64,000 bases of DNA, from the NCBI GenBank assembly GCA_016929435.1, contig JAFGIV010000005.1, positions 23,596 through 87,595 on the forward strand, written 5' to 3'. Made by a program: the position numbers and the translations under genes. Shown here piece after piece: positions 8,980 to 18,501 of this stretch (position 1 is its first letter; the number at the start of each line of letters is the position of its first letter). This stretch comes from Candidatus Uhrbacteria bacterium (GTDB lineage: Bacteria; Patescibacteriota; Patescibacteriia; SG8-24). The notes under the pieces were generated by a model. It was not told where the DNA came from. It saw only the letters and a list, made by a program, of their open reading frames with translations, and ran no database searches.

Positions 8980-10521
8980 ATGCCCGCAAAAACCGTATCC
9001 GCGGCGGTCGTCGGACTGACGGCCGTTCCGGTAGAGGTGGAGTCCTCGGTCAGCCTAGGACTGCCGAAATTCCTGGTCGTCGGCCTGCCGGACGCCTCGG
9101 TCCAGGAATCCCGGGAACGGGTTACGGCCGCCGTGAAGAACAGCGGGCTGCCGTTCCCAAAGAACCGGCTGACCGTCAACTTGGCCCCGGCCGACATCCG
9201 GAAGGAGGGACCGTCCTATGACCTGCCCATCGCCGTCTCCATCCTGCTCAAGGGCGGGGCCCTTAAGCAGAAGGATATCGAGGGACGGCTCTTCCTGGGG
9301 GAACTGGCCCTGGACGGTCAGCTCCGTCCGGTGGCCGGCGTTCTCCCCGTCGTCCTGATGGCAATAGAGCAGGGATTCAGTGAAATATATGTCCCGTCCG
9401 GAAACGCCGCTGAAGCCGGTTTGGCCATTCGCGAGCCGAAAATCGCCGACCGGACCAAAATATACCCGGTCACCGACCTGGCAGGATTGGTCCGTCACCT
9501 AAGGGGAAAGGGGAGGATTGAACCGGTCTCCCCGTCCGAAGGCGACACCGAAACAACGGAAAAGGCCGATTCGGATTTCGATTTCGCCAACATCAAGGGA
9601 CAGCACCAGGCCAAACGGGCCCTGGAGATTGCGGCTGCCGGCGGCCACAATATCCTGCTTTCCGGACCGCCGGGAGCGGGAAAGACACTCCTGGCCCGCT
9701 CCCTTCCCGGAATCCTGCCTAAAATGACCTGGGAGGAAACCCTGGAGGTGACCAAGATATACAGCATCGCCGGACTGACCGGGCAGGGACGGGTGATCAC
9801 CCGCCGTCCTTTCCGTTCACCGCACCATACCGCTTCCGGGGCCTCCCTGATCGGCGGCGGCAGTTGGCCCAAGCCGGGTGAGGTCAGCCTGGCCCACCGG
9901 GGAGTGCTTTTCCTGGATGAGTTCCCGGAATTCACCCGCCAGGTACTGGAAAACCTACGCCAGCCGCTGGAGGACGGGTTTGTCACCATTTCCCGGGCGC
10001 AGTGCCGGCTCCGCTTCCCCACAAAGTTCATCCTGGTGGCGGCCCTGAACCCCTGCCCGTGCGGCTATGCCTCGGATCCCGACAGGGAGTGCACCTGCAG
10101 CCCGATGCAGATCGCCAGCTACGGCAAACGCATCTCCGGACCCATGCTGGACCGGATAGATCTCCATCTGGAGGTGCCCAAACTGGGGACCAAGGACATT
10201 TTTCGCGCACAGCCGGCGGAAAGTTCGGAGACTGTCCGCGGGAGGGTTCAGGCTGCCCGCGACCGCCAACAGGCCAGGTTCAACGACGGAAAGACGTTCA
10301 CCAACTCTGAAATGGGGCAGCAGGCCATCCTTCAGCACTGCGGGCTGGACAGGGAGGGGGAGAGGCTGATCGAATCGGCGGTTACCCGCCTGCATCTCTC
10401 GGCCCGCGCCTATTCCCGAATCCTGAAAATCTCCCGAACCATCGCCGACCTGTCCGGTTCGGAAAGGATAGCGGCGGAAAACGTGGCCGAGGCGCTGCAG
10501 TTCAGGGAACGGGGGAAGTGA
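8980..10521 (+). CDS. YifB/ComM-family Mg-chelatase-like AAA+ ATPase
   Basis: N-terminal Lon-like domain, Walker A (GPPGAGKT), Walker B (LFLDEF), and C-terminal ChlI motifs. Confidence 0.9.
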   Translation: MPAKTVSAAVVGLTAVPVEVESSVSLGLPKFLVVGLPDASVQESRERVTAAVKNSGLPFPKNRLTVNLAPADIRKEGPSYDLPIAVSILLKGGALKQKDIEGRLFLGELALDGQLRPVAGVLPVVLMAIEQGFSEIYVPSGNAAEAGLAIREPKIADRTKIYPVTDLAGLVRHLRGKGRIEPVSPSEGDTETTEKADSDFDFANIKGQHQAKRALEIAAAGGHNILLSGPPGAGKTLLARSLPGILPKMTWEETLEVTKIYSIAGLTGQGRVITRRPFRSPHHTASGASLIGGGSWPKPGEVSLAHRGVLFLDEFPEFTRQVLENLRQPLEDGFVTISRAQCRLRFPTKFILVAALNPCPCGYASDPDRECTCSPMQIASYGKRISGPMLDRIDLHLEVPKLGTKDIFRAQPAESSETVRGRVQAARDRQQARFNDGKTFTNSEMGQQAILQHCGLDREGERLIESAVTRLHLSARAYSRILKISRTIADLSGSERIAAENVAEALQFRERGK

Positions 10522-10583
10522 ACGCCTCTTTTAGCCCCGTCTCCTGAATCTTGATAAAACCTTCAAAACATGTTATGGTCTCA

Positions 10584-10675
10584 GCGGCAATGGTCGACAT
10601 AAGGGAGATGGTCTCGCCCTCCAGGGTGGTGTCGACAACCGAAGGGTTTCGGGTTCGAATCCCCCGTTGCCGCCA
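10584..10675 (+). other. tRNA-like element (degenerate/atypical tRNA or tRNA fragment), about 90 nt
   Basis: An 8-bp acceptor-like stem (GCGGCAAT / GTTGCCGC), then CCA. T-loop GGGTTCGAATCCC, but only a 3-bp T stem. Internal GTCGAC...GTCGAC stem; no canonical D or anticodon arm. Followed by the terminator at 10705-10737. Confidence 0.35.
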
Positions 10676-10704
10676 GGCACATCGACAATCGCCGACCTAA
10701 AAGC

Positions 10705-10737
10705 CCCAGGCTGAACCAGGGGCTTTTTTTTGGCGAG
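10705..10737. terminator. Bidirectional intrinsic terminator (GCCCC..GGGGC flanked by A- and T-runs)
   Basis: aaaaGCCCCaggctgaaccaGGGGCtttttttt. It serves the tRNA-like element (+) and the M23 peptidase gene (-). Confidence 0.7.
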
Positions 10738-10750
10738 TGTCCGGTATAAC

Positions 10751-12133
10751 CTACCGGATGTAGTTAAGCGGGTTGACCCGGTTATAGACCGAGCCGACCG
10801 CCACCTCAAAGTGGATGTGCGGGCCGGTAGACCGGCCGGTTGATCCCATTAGGGCGATGGTGTCCCCGCGATTTACCTGGTCCCCCTTCCGGACCAGCAG
10901 TTGGGTGGCATGGGCATATCGGGTGAAGAGCCCGCCCCCGTGGTCAACCAGGACCATGTTCCCGTATCCGCCGCTGTTCCATCCGGAGAATATTACGGTT
11001 CCGCTTTCCGCGGCATAGAGGGGCGTGCGCATCGGTCCGGCGATATCCAGGCCGTTATGGAGACGCGTGTAGTATTGGGTGATGCGCCTGGCCGATGTCG
11101 GCCAAAGGAGTTTGGTGTCGGGCGAAAGGTCCGGGGCGGAGGCAGTCACCGGACTTGCGCTTACCGAAGCGTATCTGGTGACCGGCTTCGGTGCCGGAGG
11201 GGGGGCCGGCAACTTACCCCCGGGAACGGCCAACACCATCCCAACCGCCAGGTCATTCGGGGAAATCCCGTTGATCTCCGCTATGCTTTCCGGTTCGGCT
11301 CCGTATTTGGCGGCCAAACTGTTGACGGTATCCCCGGACCTGACCGTGTGGATCACCCCATCAACGGGGGGGATCGACATCTTCCGCCCAATCCCCAGAA
11401 CAGACCGGGAACCCAACCCGTTGCATTCCAAAACGGTCTTGGTGGACAGTCCAAACTTTCGGGCAATCGATTCGGCATTGTCCCCCGACTCCACGACATA
11501 CTCGACTATCCTGGTCCTGGTCCTGACCGTCTCGGTTTCAGCGGTCGTCCCGTCAGCTTCCGGAATGTTGCGCAGCGCACTTATGGCCGTGTTGCCGTAT
11601 CCGTAGTAATACCCGGATGCACTGTCTTCTTCGGCAACCAGACCGCCGTCAATACCCTGCCCGGCGTAGAAATCACGGATGTCCACGGCCTGTCCGTCCA
11701 GGTATCCGGCATCGCTGGATATCCCCGGGTCGTAATCGGCCTCCTCCAAAAGCAGCTCATCCTCCAGCCCCACCGTCATCTTCATCATCAGGTTGTGGTG
11801 TTCGTCAACCCCACCGACCGGTTCGGTGACCGCACTGGCGTAGATGTTGGTTCCGGTCACCAGGAACACGAACAGGAATATCACTGTCCCAAACAGGTAC
11901 CTGTGGGAAAAAATCCTGCCCACCTGCCCCTGACCGGACAGGTTATCAAGGAAAATTTTCCTTAACCTTAAGTGAACCTGGTACGCATTAACCAGCAATG
12001 GGCAGAAAAACACTTTCCATAGCCAAAATAACGGATTTTTCAACAAAAGCGCCAAAAGGGTTAACCCCCTCCTTAAGGCAACTAACCCCCCAAAAAACCA
12101 CAGCAGTATCCTTATTCCTATTTTTTTGGCCAA
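10751..12133 (-). CDS. LysM-domain M23-family metallopeptidase (peptidoglycan endopeptidase)
   Basis: Two LysM repeats (YVVESGDNAESIARKFG..; HTVRSGDTVNSLAAKYG..). C-terminal M23 motifs HNGLDIA...GSTGRSTGPHIHFEV. N-terminal TM. Confidence 0.88.
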   Translation of the reverse strand: MAKKIGIRILLWFFGGLVALRRGLTLLALLLKNPLFWLWKVFFCPLLVNAYQVHLRLRKIFLDNLSGQGQVGRIFSHRYLFGTVIFLFVFLVTGTNIYASAVTEPVGGVDEHHNLMMKMTVGLEDELLLEEADYDPGISSDAGYLDGQAVDIRDFYAGQGIDGGLVAEEDSASGYYYGYGNTAISALRNIPEADGTTAETETVRTRTRIVEYVVESGDNAESIARKFGLSTKTVLECNGLGSRSVLGIGRKMSIPPVDGVIHTVRSGDTVNSLAAKYGAEPESIAEINGISPNDLAVGMVLAVPGGKLPAPPPAPKPVTRYASVSASPVTASAPDLSPDTKLLWPTSARRITQYYTRLHNGLDIAGPMRTPLYAAESGTVIFSGWNSGGYGNMVLVDHGGGLFTRYAHATQLLVRKGDQVNRGDTIALMGSTGRSTGPHIHFEVAVGSVYNRVNPLNYIR

Positions 12134-12292
12134 AAGAGGTATATGGTTACCTTAAAATTTAGCTTAACGTAGATAAAATAACCTTTTGCTGATAACCGGC
12201 CCACATGGCTATTGTATCCCCTGCACCGCAATCAGGTCAAAGGAATTATATACATAATAGCGGCAATGTGGCAATATCCCCCTTCCCGGCAA

Positions 12293-12322
12293 TTGACAGA
12301 CCAAACTCCTTACCTTTATATT
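12293..12322 (+). promoter_or_regulatory. Sigma70-like promoter upstream of hppA (TTGACA, 17/18-bp spacer, TATATT)
   Basis: Perfect -35 hexamer at 12293-12298; AT-rich -10 at ~12316-12322. Confidence 0.45.
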
Positions 12323-12374
12323 TCCATTAAGGAACGGGTGGAATTTTTTATTTTTAACGGAAAAAGACTGACGT

Positions 12375-14384
12375 ATGTCCTATCCCCTAACGATAGCGAT
12401 CGTCGCCTCCGGGCTGGCCATCGCCTATGGGGCGCTTCTCATCCGGTGGGTACTGTCGAAACCCCAGGGTGACGAAAAAATGCGCTCCATCGCCAAAGCC
12501 ATCCAGGAAGGCGCCTCCGCCTACCTGATGAGGCAAAACAAGACCGCCGCCGTGGTGGCGGTTGTCCTGTTCCTGCTGATCGGTTGGCAATTGGCCTGGG
12601 TTACGGCCTTCGGCTTCCTTATTGGGGCAATCCTTTCGGGATTGGCCGGATTCATCGGCATGCAGGTTTCGGTCCGGGCCAATGTCCGCACCACGGAAGC
12701 CGCCAAATCCGGTCTTGGCAGTGCCCTGACCATGGCTTTCCGCGGCGGCACCGTAACCGGCATGTTCGTAGTCGGGCTTGGCCTTTTGGGGGTCACGGTT
12801 TTCTATGCGGTAACGAAGGACATCGGCGCCCTGATCGGACTCGGTTTCGGCGGATCCCTGGTCTCCATCTTTGCCCGACTGGGGGGCGGCATCTTCACCA
12901 AGGCCGCCGATGTGGGGGCTGACCTGGTCGGTAAGGTAGAGGCGGGCATTCCGGAGGATGACCCGCGAAACCCGGCCGTCATTGCCGACAACGTCGGGGA
13001 TAACGTCGGCGACTGCGCCGGAATGGCCGCTGACCTGTTCGAAACCTATGCGGTCACGGCCGTAGCCGCAATGCTTCTCGGTTCACTGGTCTTCGTCGGC
13101 AACGAAAACGCCGTCACCTACCCGCTGGCCCTGGGGGGCGTCTCCATCCTGGCTTCCGTTGTGGGCAGCCTGTTCGTCCGGCTGGGAACGAAAAAAAACA
13201 TCATGGGAGCCCTCTACAAGGGGCTGATCGCCGCGGGCATGGTGGCTGCCGTCCTGTTTTACCCGGTGACATCGTGGCTTATGGCCGAAAACGGCCTCTA
13301 TACGGTCACGTCCATCTATCTGGCCTCCCTGGTCGGCATCCTCGTTACGGCCGCCATTGTCCTCATTACCGAATACTACACCGGCACCAAATGGAAGCCG
13401 GTCCGTTCCATTGCCAAGGCCTCTGAAACCGGCCACGGCACCAACATCATAGCCGGACTGGCCGTATCGATGAAATCCACCGCCTGGCCTGTCGTGGCCA
13501 TTGCCGTCGGCATTGCCGCCGCCTATGCCCTGGCAGAGGAGTTCGGCGTGGCCATCGCCTCCATGTCCATGCTTTCCCTTACCGGAATCATCGTGGCCAT
13601 CGACTCCTTCGGCCCGATCACCGACAACGCCGGAGGGATCGCCGAAATGTCCGAATTGCCGGAAAGCGTCCGTAACGTAACCGATCCCCTTGACGCCGTA
13701 GGAAACACCACCAAGGCCGTTACCAAGGGCTATGCCATCGGTTCGGCCGGATTGGCGGCCGTGGTCCTCTTTTCGGACTATACCCATGCCCTATCCGAAA
13801 CCACGGGTAGGAATTTCGTGTTTTCCCTGTCTGACCACAAGGTCCTGATCGGTCTGTTCATCGGCGGGCTGATAACCTACCTGTTCGGGTCAATCGCCAT
13901 GGAATCGGTTGGGAGAGCCGCCGGTTCGGTGGTGGAGGAGGTCCGCCGGCAGTTCCGGGAAATCAAGGGAATCATGGAGGGACAGGCCAAACCCGACTAT
14001 GCCGCCTGCGTGGACATCGTCACCAAGGCGGCCCTCAGGGAAATGGTCGTACCGGCACTCCTGCCTGTAGCCGCCCCGATAGTGGTCGGGGTGATCCTGA
14101 AAAACCAGCTTGGTCCGGAGGCCTTGGGCGGCATGCTGGTCGGCGCCATCGTCACAGGACTGTTCATGGCCATCTCAATGACCACCGGAGGGGCGGCCTG
14201 GGACAACGCCAAAAAGTACATAGAGACGGGTGCCCACGGCGGCAAACGCTCCCTGGCTCACCAGGCTGCCGTTACTGGGGATACGGTCGGCGACCCCTAC
14301 AAGGATACCGCCGGACCGGCCATTAACCCGATGATCAAGATACTGAATATCGTTGCCCTTCTTATAGTCGGGCTGATGGTCTGA
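12375..14384 (+). CDS. hppA: Membrane-bound H+-translocating pyrophosphatase
   Basis: 669 aa, polytopic. Signature [20 protein letters not shown] plus [21 protein letters not shown]. Confidence 0.95.
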   Translation: MSYPLTIAIVASGLAIAYGALLIRWVLSKPQGDEKMRSIAKAIQEGASAYLMRQNKTAAVVAVVLFLLIGWQLAWVTAFGFLIGAILSGLAGFIGMQVSVRANVRTTEAAKSGLGSALTMAFRGGTVTGMFVVGLGLLGVTVFYAVTKDIGALIGLGFGGSLVSIFARLGGGIFTKAADVGADLVGKVEAGIPEDDPRNPAVIADNVGDNVGDCAGMAADLFETYAVTAVAAMLLGSLVFVGNENAVTYPLALGGVSILASVVGSLFVRLGTKKNIMGALYKGLIAAGMVAAVLFYPVTSWLMAENGLYTVTSIYLASLVGILVTAAIVLITEYYTGTKWKPVRSIAKASETGHGTNIIAGLAVSMKSTAWPVVAIAVGIAAAYALAEEFGVAIASMSMLSLTGIIVAIDSFGPITDNAGGIAEMSELPESVRNVTDPLDAVGNTTKAVTKGYAIGSAGLAAVVLFSDYTHALSETTGRNFVFSLSDHKVLIGLFIGGLITYLFGSIAMESVGRAAGSVVEEVRRQFREIKGIMEGQAKPDYAACVDIVTKAALREMVVPALLPVAAPIVVGVILKNQLGPEALGGMLVGAIVTGLFMAISMTTGGAAWDNAKKYIETGAHGGKRSLAHQAAVTGDTVGDPYKDTAGPAINPMIKILNIVALLIVGLMV

Positions 14385-14407
14385 TTGGAAACTTGGGGAT
14401 TCGGACA

Positions 14408-14443
14408 GGGCACTGCCCCAATGCGGGGCAGTGCCCTTTGTTT
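14408..14443 (+). terminator. hppA intrinsic terminator
   Basis: GGGCACTGCCCC-aat-GCGGGGCAGTGCCC followed by TTTGTTT. Confidence 0.7.
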
Positions 14444-14452
14444 AAAAAAAAC

Positions 14453-14485
14453 GCTTCGGTTGAATCCACCGAAGCGTCACGTGCA
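14453..14485 (-). terminator. Intrinsic terminator of the small minus-strand membrane protein gene
   Basis: ACGCTTCGGT..ACCGAAGCGT hairpin with a T-run on the minus strand. Confidence 0.6.
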
Positions 14486-14490
14486 TTGCG

Positions 14491-14796
14491 TCAGGCCCTC
14501 AGAAAACCCTCGATTTCCGACCTGGCCGATTTGGTAAGCCTATATGAGGCCTCGCAACAGCCCTCCACTTCCTCCACGGCCCCTATGGCATAAAGGGCCC
14601 CAACGGCCACTAACACCCCCAACCTGTCGAGGAAACCCAAGTCACCGATCAGGAAACCCACCCCCACAACCATTTCCGTGATCACCACCGGTCTTGACAG
14701 GGTGAACATGACGGTTGCCACCGCAACGATCACCGGTTCTCCGGAATCGTCCGAAAAAAAACTGCTGAGTATTTTCTTATTTAACCTGTTTCCCAT
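14491..14796 (-). CDS. Small hypothetical membrane protein (101 aa)
   Basis: Start MGNRLNKK with RBS AAGGAAAGGGA. Two hydrophobic helices; own terminator. The longer listed ORF (to 15057) overlaps the tig promoter and is rejected. Confidence 0.55.
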   Translation of the reverse strand: MGNRLNKKILSSFFSDDSGEPVIVAVATVMFTLSRPVVITEMVVGVGFLIGDLGFLDRLGVLVAVGALYAIGAVEEVEGCCEASYRLTKSARSEIEGFLRA

Positions 14797-14878
14797 CCAG
14801 ATCCCTTTCCTTTCCCGTATTCCCAAACGCTTTTCATAAAACCTACCAATTCTTGGCAATATCGTAAAGGGACGGGTT

Positions 14879-14907
14879 TTGACACGGCGGTGGTTTTCGG
14901 CTAAAAT
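14879..14907 (+). promoter_or_regulatory. Sigma70 promoter for tig (TTGACA, 17-bp spacer, TAAAAT)
   Basis: Perfect -35 with correct spacing, ~28 bp upstream of the tig ATG. Confidence 0.5.
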
Positions 14908-14935
14908 CCGAAAACAGTACTCATAAGAGCAAACT

Positions 14936-16222
14936 ATGGAAATCACCGTCAAAAAACTGCCGGGAAGCCTGGTGGAAATATCCGTGGAAATCAACCCGGA
15001 AGACGCCAGGCCCCACCTGGAATCGGCTGCCGCCCGCCTTTCCAAGGAAAGGCCCATCGACGGTTTTCGGCCGGGCCACGCCCCATACGAATCGGTTGTC
15101 CGGGCCTATGGGGACATGGCGATCCACGAAACGGCCCTACAGACGGCTGTCGTCAAGACCTACGCCAAGGCCGTAACGGACAACGGGATCCAGACATACG
15201 GCGAGCCGAAAATCGAGGTGAAAAAACTGGTTCCGGGTGAGGGGATTGCCTTCACGGCCACCGTGGCCGTCGTACCCAAGGTAACGGGTCTGGCTGACCT
15301 GAAAAAGATCAGCGTAAGAAAAGAGCCCAAAAAGGTAGGGGACAGTGACGTGGACAGGGCAATCAACGAACTGTGCCGGATGCGGACCAAGGAATCGGCC
15401 GTCAGCCGTCCGGTCGAGTCCAAGGACAAGGTTGTGGTCGACATGGACATGAAGGTGGACGGTGTCCCGATAGAGGGGGGACAGGCCAGGAACCACGGCA
15501 TCTATCTTGACGAGGAATACTACGTGCCCGGACTGAAGGAAAAACTGATCGGATCCGAACCAGAACAGACCCTGGTTTTTAACCTGCCGTTCCCAAAGGA
15601 CCATTTCCAGAAGACGCTGGCCGGAAAGGATGTCGAGTTTACCGTAACCGTCCGGCAGGTCTTCCGGCTGGAGCCTCCGGCCGCTGATGACGAACTGGCC
15701 AAATCGCTTGGCCAGGAATCGATGTCCAAACTCAGGGAACTGATTGCGGAAAACATGGGAAGGGAGGCGGAAGAGACGGCCCGCAGGCAGGCCCAGGAGA
15801 AGGTTATTGACCTGATGCTGGAAAAAACCGGGTTCGAGGACATCCCCGACATCATGGTCAACCAGGAGGTTCACAACATGATCCACGAGTTGGAACACGA
15901 CCTTTCCCATAGGGGACTGGACATGGATCGGTACCTGGAAAGCATCGGAAGGAGTCTTGGCCAACTCAAGCTGGATTTCGCTGCCAACGCCCTGAAGAGG
16001 GTAAAGGTCGCCCTGATGATGAGGGCGATCGGGGACAGTCAGGGTACGGCGGTCAGCGATGCGGAGGTGCTGGAAGAGCAGGGGAAACTGGTCAACCGTT
16101 ATGCCAATGACCCAGAGGCACAGGAACGGGTCAGGGGTGATGACTTCGCGGATTACCTGAGGGCCAATATCCGCAACCGAAAGATAATGGAATATCTGAC
16201 GGAAAACGCCGTCATTGACTGA
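14936..16222 (+). CDS. tig: Trigger factor
   Basis: N-terminal ribosome-binding domain (GFRPGHAPYESV), FKBP-like PPIase middle domain, C-terminal chaperone domain. Confidence 0.92.
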   Translation: MEITVKKLPGSLVEISVEINPEDARPHLESAAARLSKERPIDGFRPGHAPYESVVRAYGDMAIHETALQTAVVKTYAKAVTDNGIQTYGEPKIEVKKLVPGEGIAFTATVAVVPKVTGLADLKKISVRKEPKKVGDSDVDRAINELCRMRTKESAVSRPVESKDKVVVDMDMKVDGVPIEGGQARNHGIYLDEEYYVPGLKEKLIGSEPEQTLVFNLPFPKDHFQKTLAGKDVEFTVTVRQVFRLEPPAADDELAKSLGQESMSKLRELIAENMGREAEETARRQAQEKVIDLMLEKTGFEDIPDIMVNQEVHNMIHELEHDLSHRGLDMDRYLESIGRSLGQLKLDFAANALKRVKVALMMRAIGDSQGTAVSDAEVLEEQGKLVNRYANDPEAQERVRGDDFADYLRANIRNRKIMEYLTENAVID

Positions 16223-16311
16223 AACGAAAACTTACCCGGGAAGGGCCGTTCCGCTATAATAGGAACGGCTTTTCCGTTGGCCGATCGGGCCGCCCCTAAG
16301 AAGATAAAACC

Positions 16312-17175
16312 ATGCCACTGCTCGGTGCCCACGTCTCCGCCTCCGGCGGCCTTTATAGGGCCGCGGAAGAGGCTGCCGCCCTTAAGCTGGACTCGTTCCA
16401 GTTCTTTACCCGTCCGCCACAGACCGGAAGGGCCCCGGAAATATCCGAACTGGAGGCGGAAAAATTCCTGTCCTCCTGCGGCAAACACGGACTGAAAACC
16501 TGGCATGTCCATGCCCCATACGTCATCAACCTGGCTTCTCCAGAGGGACGGATTCGCGGAAACTCCATACGCCTGCTGCGGGAAGAACTGGAAAGGGCCG
16601 ATAGGCTGAAAAGCCGATCGGTCATTGCCCATGTCGGAAGTGCCGCAGGAAACGACCGGGAAACCGGAATGGGTATGGTTATTGACGGCATCAGGGACAT
16701 TTTGAGAGGTTACGGCGGCAATGCCCTGTTTGCCGTTGAGACGACCGCCGGATCGGGCCACACCCTCTGTTCCTCCTTTGGTGAGATTGCCATGATCCTG
16801 AGGGAAATCGACAGCCAAAAACTGGCGGTTTGCCTGGATACGGCCCATGTGTTTGCGGCCGGATACGGCCTGGAAACCCAAGAGGAGGCCTCAAAGACAC
16901 TGGGGGAGTTTGACGGGACCGTAGGAATAAAAAACCTGATTGCCGTTCACCTCAACGACTCCAGAGTAGGAAGGGGAAGCAGGCGGGACCGCCACGAACA
17001 CCTCGGTTACGGAAAGATAGGTTCGGAAGGGCTTTTTAGCCTGCTGAACCACAGGAGCCTGAAGGATGTTGATTTCATAATGGAGACTCCGAACGATGCA
17101 CGGCGGAAGGAGGACATTGCCACAGCCCGCCGCTGGCTGTCGGGGGAAATGTTTTTCCCTATTAAAAAAACATGA
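16312..17175 (+). CDS. nfo: Endonuclease IV (AP endonuclease, Nfo family)
   Basis: TIM-barrel Xyl-isomerase-like fold. Motifs AHVGS, HLNDS and the HEHLGYGKIG metal ligands. Confidence 0.9.
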   Translation: MPLLGAHVSASGGLYRAAEEAAALKLDSFQFFTRPPQTGRAPEISELEAEKFLSSCGKHGLKTWHVHAPYVINLASPEGRIRGNSIRLLREELERADRLKSRSVIAHVGSAAGNDRETGMGMVIDGIRDILRGYGGNALFAVETTAGSGHTLCSSFGEIAMILREIDSQKLAVCLDTAHVFAAGYGLETQEEASKTLGEFDGTVGIKNLIAVHLNDSRVGRGSRRDRHEHLGYGKIGSEGLFSLLNHRSLKDVDFIMETPNDARRKEDIATARRWLSGEMFFPIKKT

Positions 17176-17405
17176 AATACGTTACCGTTTCCGCCAAAGT
17201 CAAGACCCACGCCAAAACCCGCGGTTTGGAGGTTGACGAGCGGGGAATCTACCAGATAAAGACACCCTTGGCTCCGGATAGGGGAAAGGCCAACGGTGAC
17301 GTCATCGGCATCATAGCCGAACATTTCAAGACCAGTCGGGGATGCGTAACGATCGTCAGCGGCCAGACCAGCAACCGCAAGCTGATAAAGGTGCTGGTGC
17401 CGTAA
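17172..17405 (+). CDS. DUF167/YggU-family protein
   Basis: 77 aa. The KVKTHAKTRGL...PDRGKANGDVIGIIAEHFK...RKLIKVL pattern is typical of UPF0235. Overlaps nfo by 4 nt. Confidence 0.75.
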   Translation: MKYVTVSAKVKTHAKTRGLEVDERGIYQIKTPLAPDRGKANGDVIGIIAEHFKTSRGCVTIVSGQTSNRKLIKVLVP

Positions 17406-17421
17406 CCGCAACCCCAAATCC

Positions 17422-17685
17422 CTAAACCGGGTCGTTTCCGCCCCTGTTCCACGGATTACACCGCAACAGGCGACGAAAACCGAGGTAACATCCCCGCAGG
17501 ATCCCGTGCCTGACTATGGCCTGATATGCGTATTCCGAACAGGTAGGCCTAAAGCGACAGCAACCGAAAGGGAAAAGAAACCGGAAAATTCCGCTATCTG
17601 GGGATAAGACCCGCTGGTATACCCTAATTGTCCACAGGACAGGTTTTTTGGGGATATCCATTAAGTTTTCCAGTTTCTTTTTCAT
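17422..17685 (-). CDS. yidD: Membrane protein insertion efficiency factor YidD
   Basis: The CRFRPTCSEYAYQAI motif; overlaps rnpA by 4 nt. Confidence 0.9.
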   Translation of the reverse strand: MKKKLENLMDIPKKPVLWTIRVYQRVLSPDSGIFRFLFPFGCCRFRPTCSEYAYQAIVRHGILRGCYLGFRRLLRCNPWNRGGNDPV

Positions 17686-18023
17686 ACCAACAGGTTGGCC
17701 TTTTTCAGCAGACCATAAACCAAAACGGATAATTCATCAAAATTTAGCCCTAAAACCTTCTTATCAGCGACAAATACGCAATCAAAACCCTGCCTTATTT
17801 CCCCAACCCTGGCCCTGACCATTTCCCTCATCTGTCTCTGGAGGCGATTGCGGACCACGGCCCTCTTATCCACCTTAGTCCCCACCGTAAACCCAAAACG
17901 GCTGTCACCCAAACCGTTCTGGACAACCACGATCCTAAGCCCGGGGACAAAAAAACGCCTTCCCCTGCGGAAAATTCGACGAAAGTCACGTTCAGCGGTC
18001 AGGCGGTTCTTTCTGTTCAACAT
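17682..18023 (-). CDS. rnpA: Ribonuclease P protein component
   Basis: 113 aa, basic, with the RNR-like motif FGFTVGTKVDKRAVVRNRLQRQMRE. Confidence 0.9.
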   Translation of the reverse strand: MLNRKNRLTAERDFRRIFRRGRRFFVPGLRIVVVQNGLGDSRFGFTVGTKVDKRAVVRNRLQRQMREMVRARVGEIRQGFDCVFVADKKVLGLNFDELSVLVYGLLKKANLLV

Positions 18024-18103
18024 ACCTGTATTTTAACCTAATTTTAGATACAAGAAAAACCGCGTTTCAGTGCGGTTTTCCGACTTCAGGATGATGGATG
18101 GGG

Positions 18104-18253
18104 TTATTCTTCAGAAACGGTCAGTTTCTTGCGTCCCTTCGCCCGCCGCCTTTTCAGAATATTACGCCCGGTTGGGGAACTCATCCGGTTTCGAAAACCA
18201 TGTGTCTTCGCCCTTTTTCTCTTTTTCGGCTGGTATGTTCTCTTGGTGGACAT
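18104..18253 (-). CDS. rpmH: 50S ribosomal protein L34
   Basis: Not in the ORF track (<60 aa). Manual translation gives [49 protein letters not shown], upstream of rnpA as expected. Confidence 0.88.
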   Translation of the reverse strand: MSTKRTYQPKKRKRAKTHGFRNRMSSPTGRNILKRRRAKGRKKLTVSEE

Positions 18254-18501
18254 AATTACGCATAATTAAACCGTGCGGTTGGATTGTGCCACAAACCAAA
18301 ACGAAACGCAACCCCCTTGACGGTTATCGGTGTTTTGGTGTGGTGTAGTCTGTGGGTACCGGGATCGGTTGGGTTTATTCACAAACCTTACACAGGTTAT
18401 GAACAAATTCACCCTTTCCAAATATCCACAGGTGTTTTAAACTACCTGAAGCCTCCATTCGGGGCTGGATATCCGGTTTTATTCCTATAGACTATTGAGG
18501 T
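18254..18501. promoter_or_regulatory. dnaA upstream region / candidate oriC segment with DnaA-box-like 9-mers
   Basis: TTATTCACA and ATATCCACA (one mismatch each from TTATCCACA), plus AT-rich stretches, between rpmH and dnaA. Confidence 0.45.

Noticed and set aside
14797-15057. N-terminal extension of the minus-strand ORF 14491-15057
   Set aside because: The extension would run through the tig promoter and start. An internal ATG at 14796 with a strong RBS gives a compact 101-aa membrane protein with its own terminator.
15137-15964. 275-aa minus-strand ORF inside tig
   Set aside because: It is antisense to trigger factor; a high-GC artefact.
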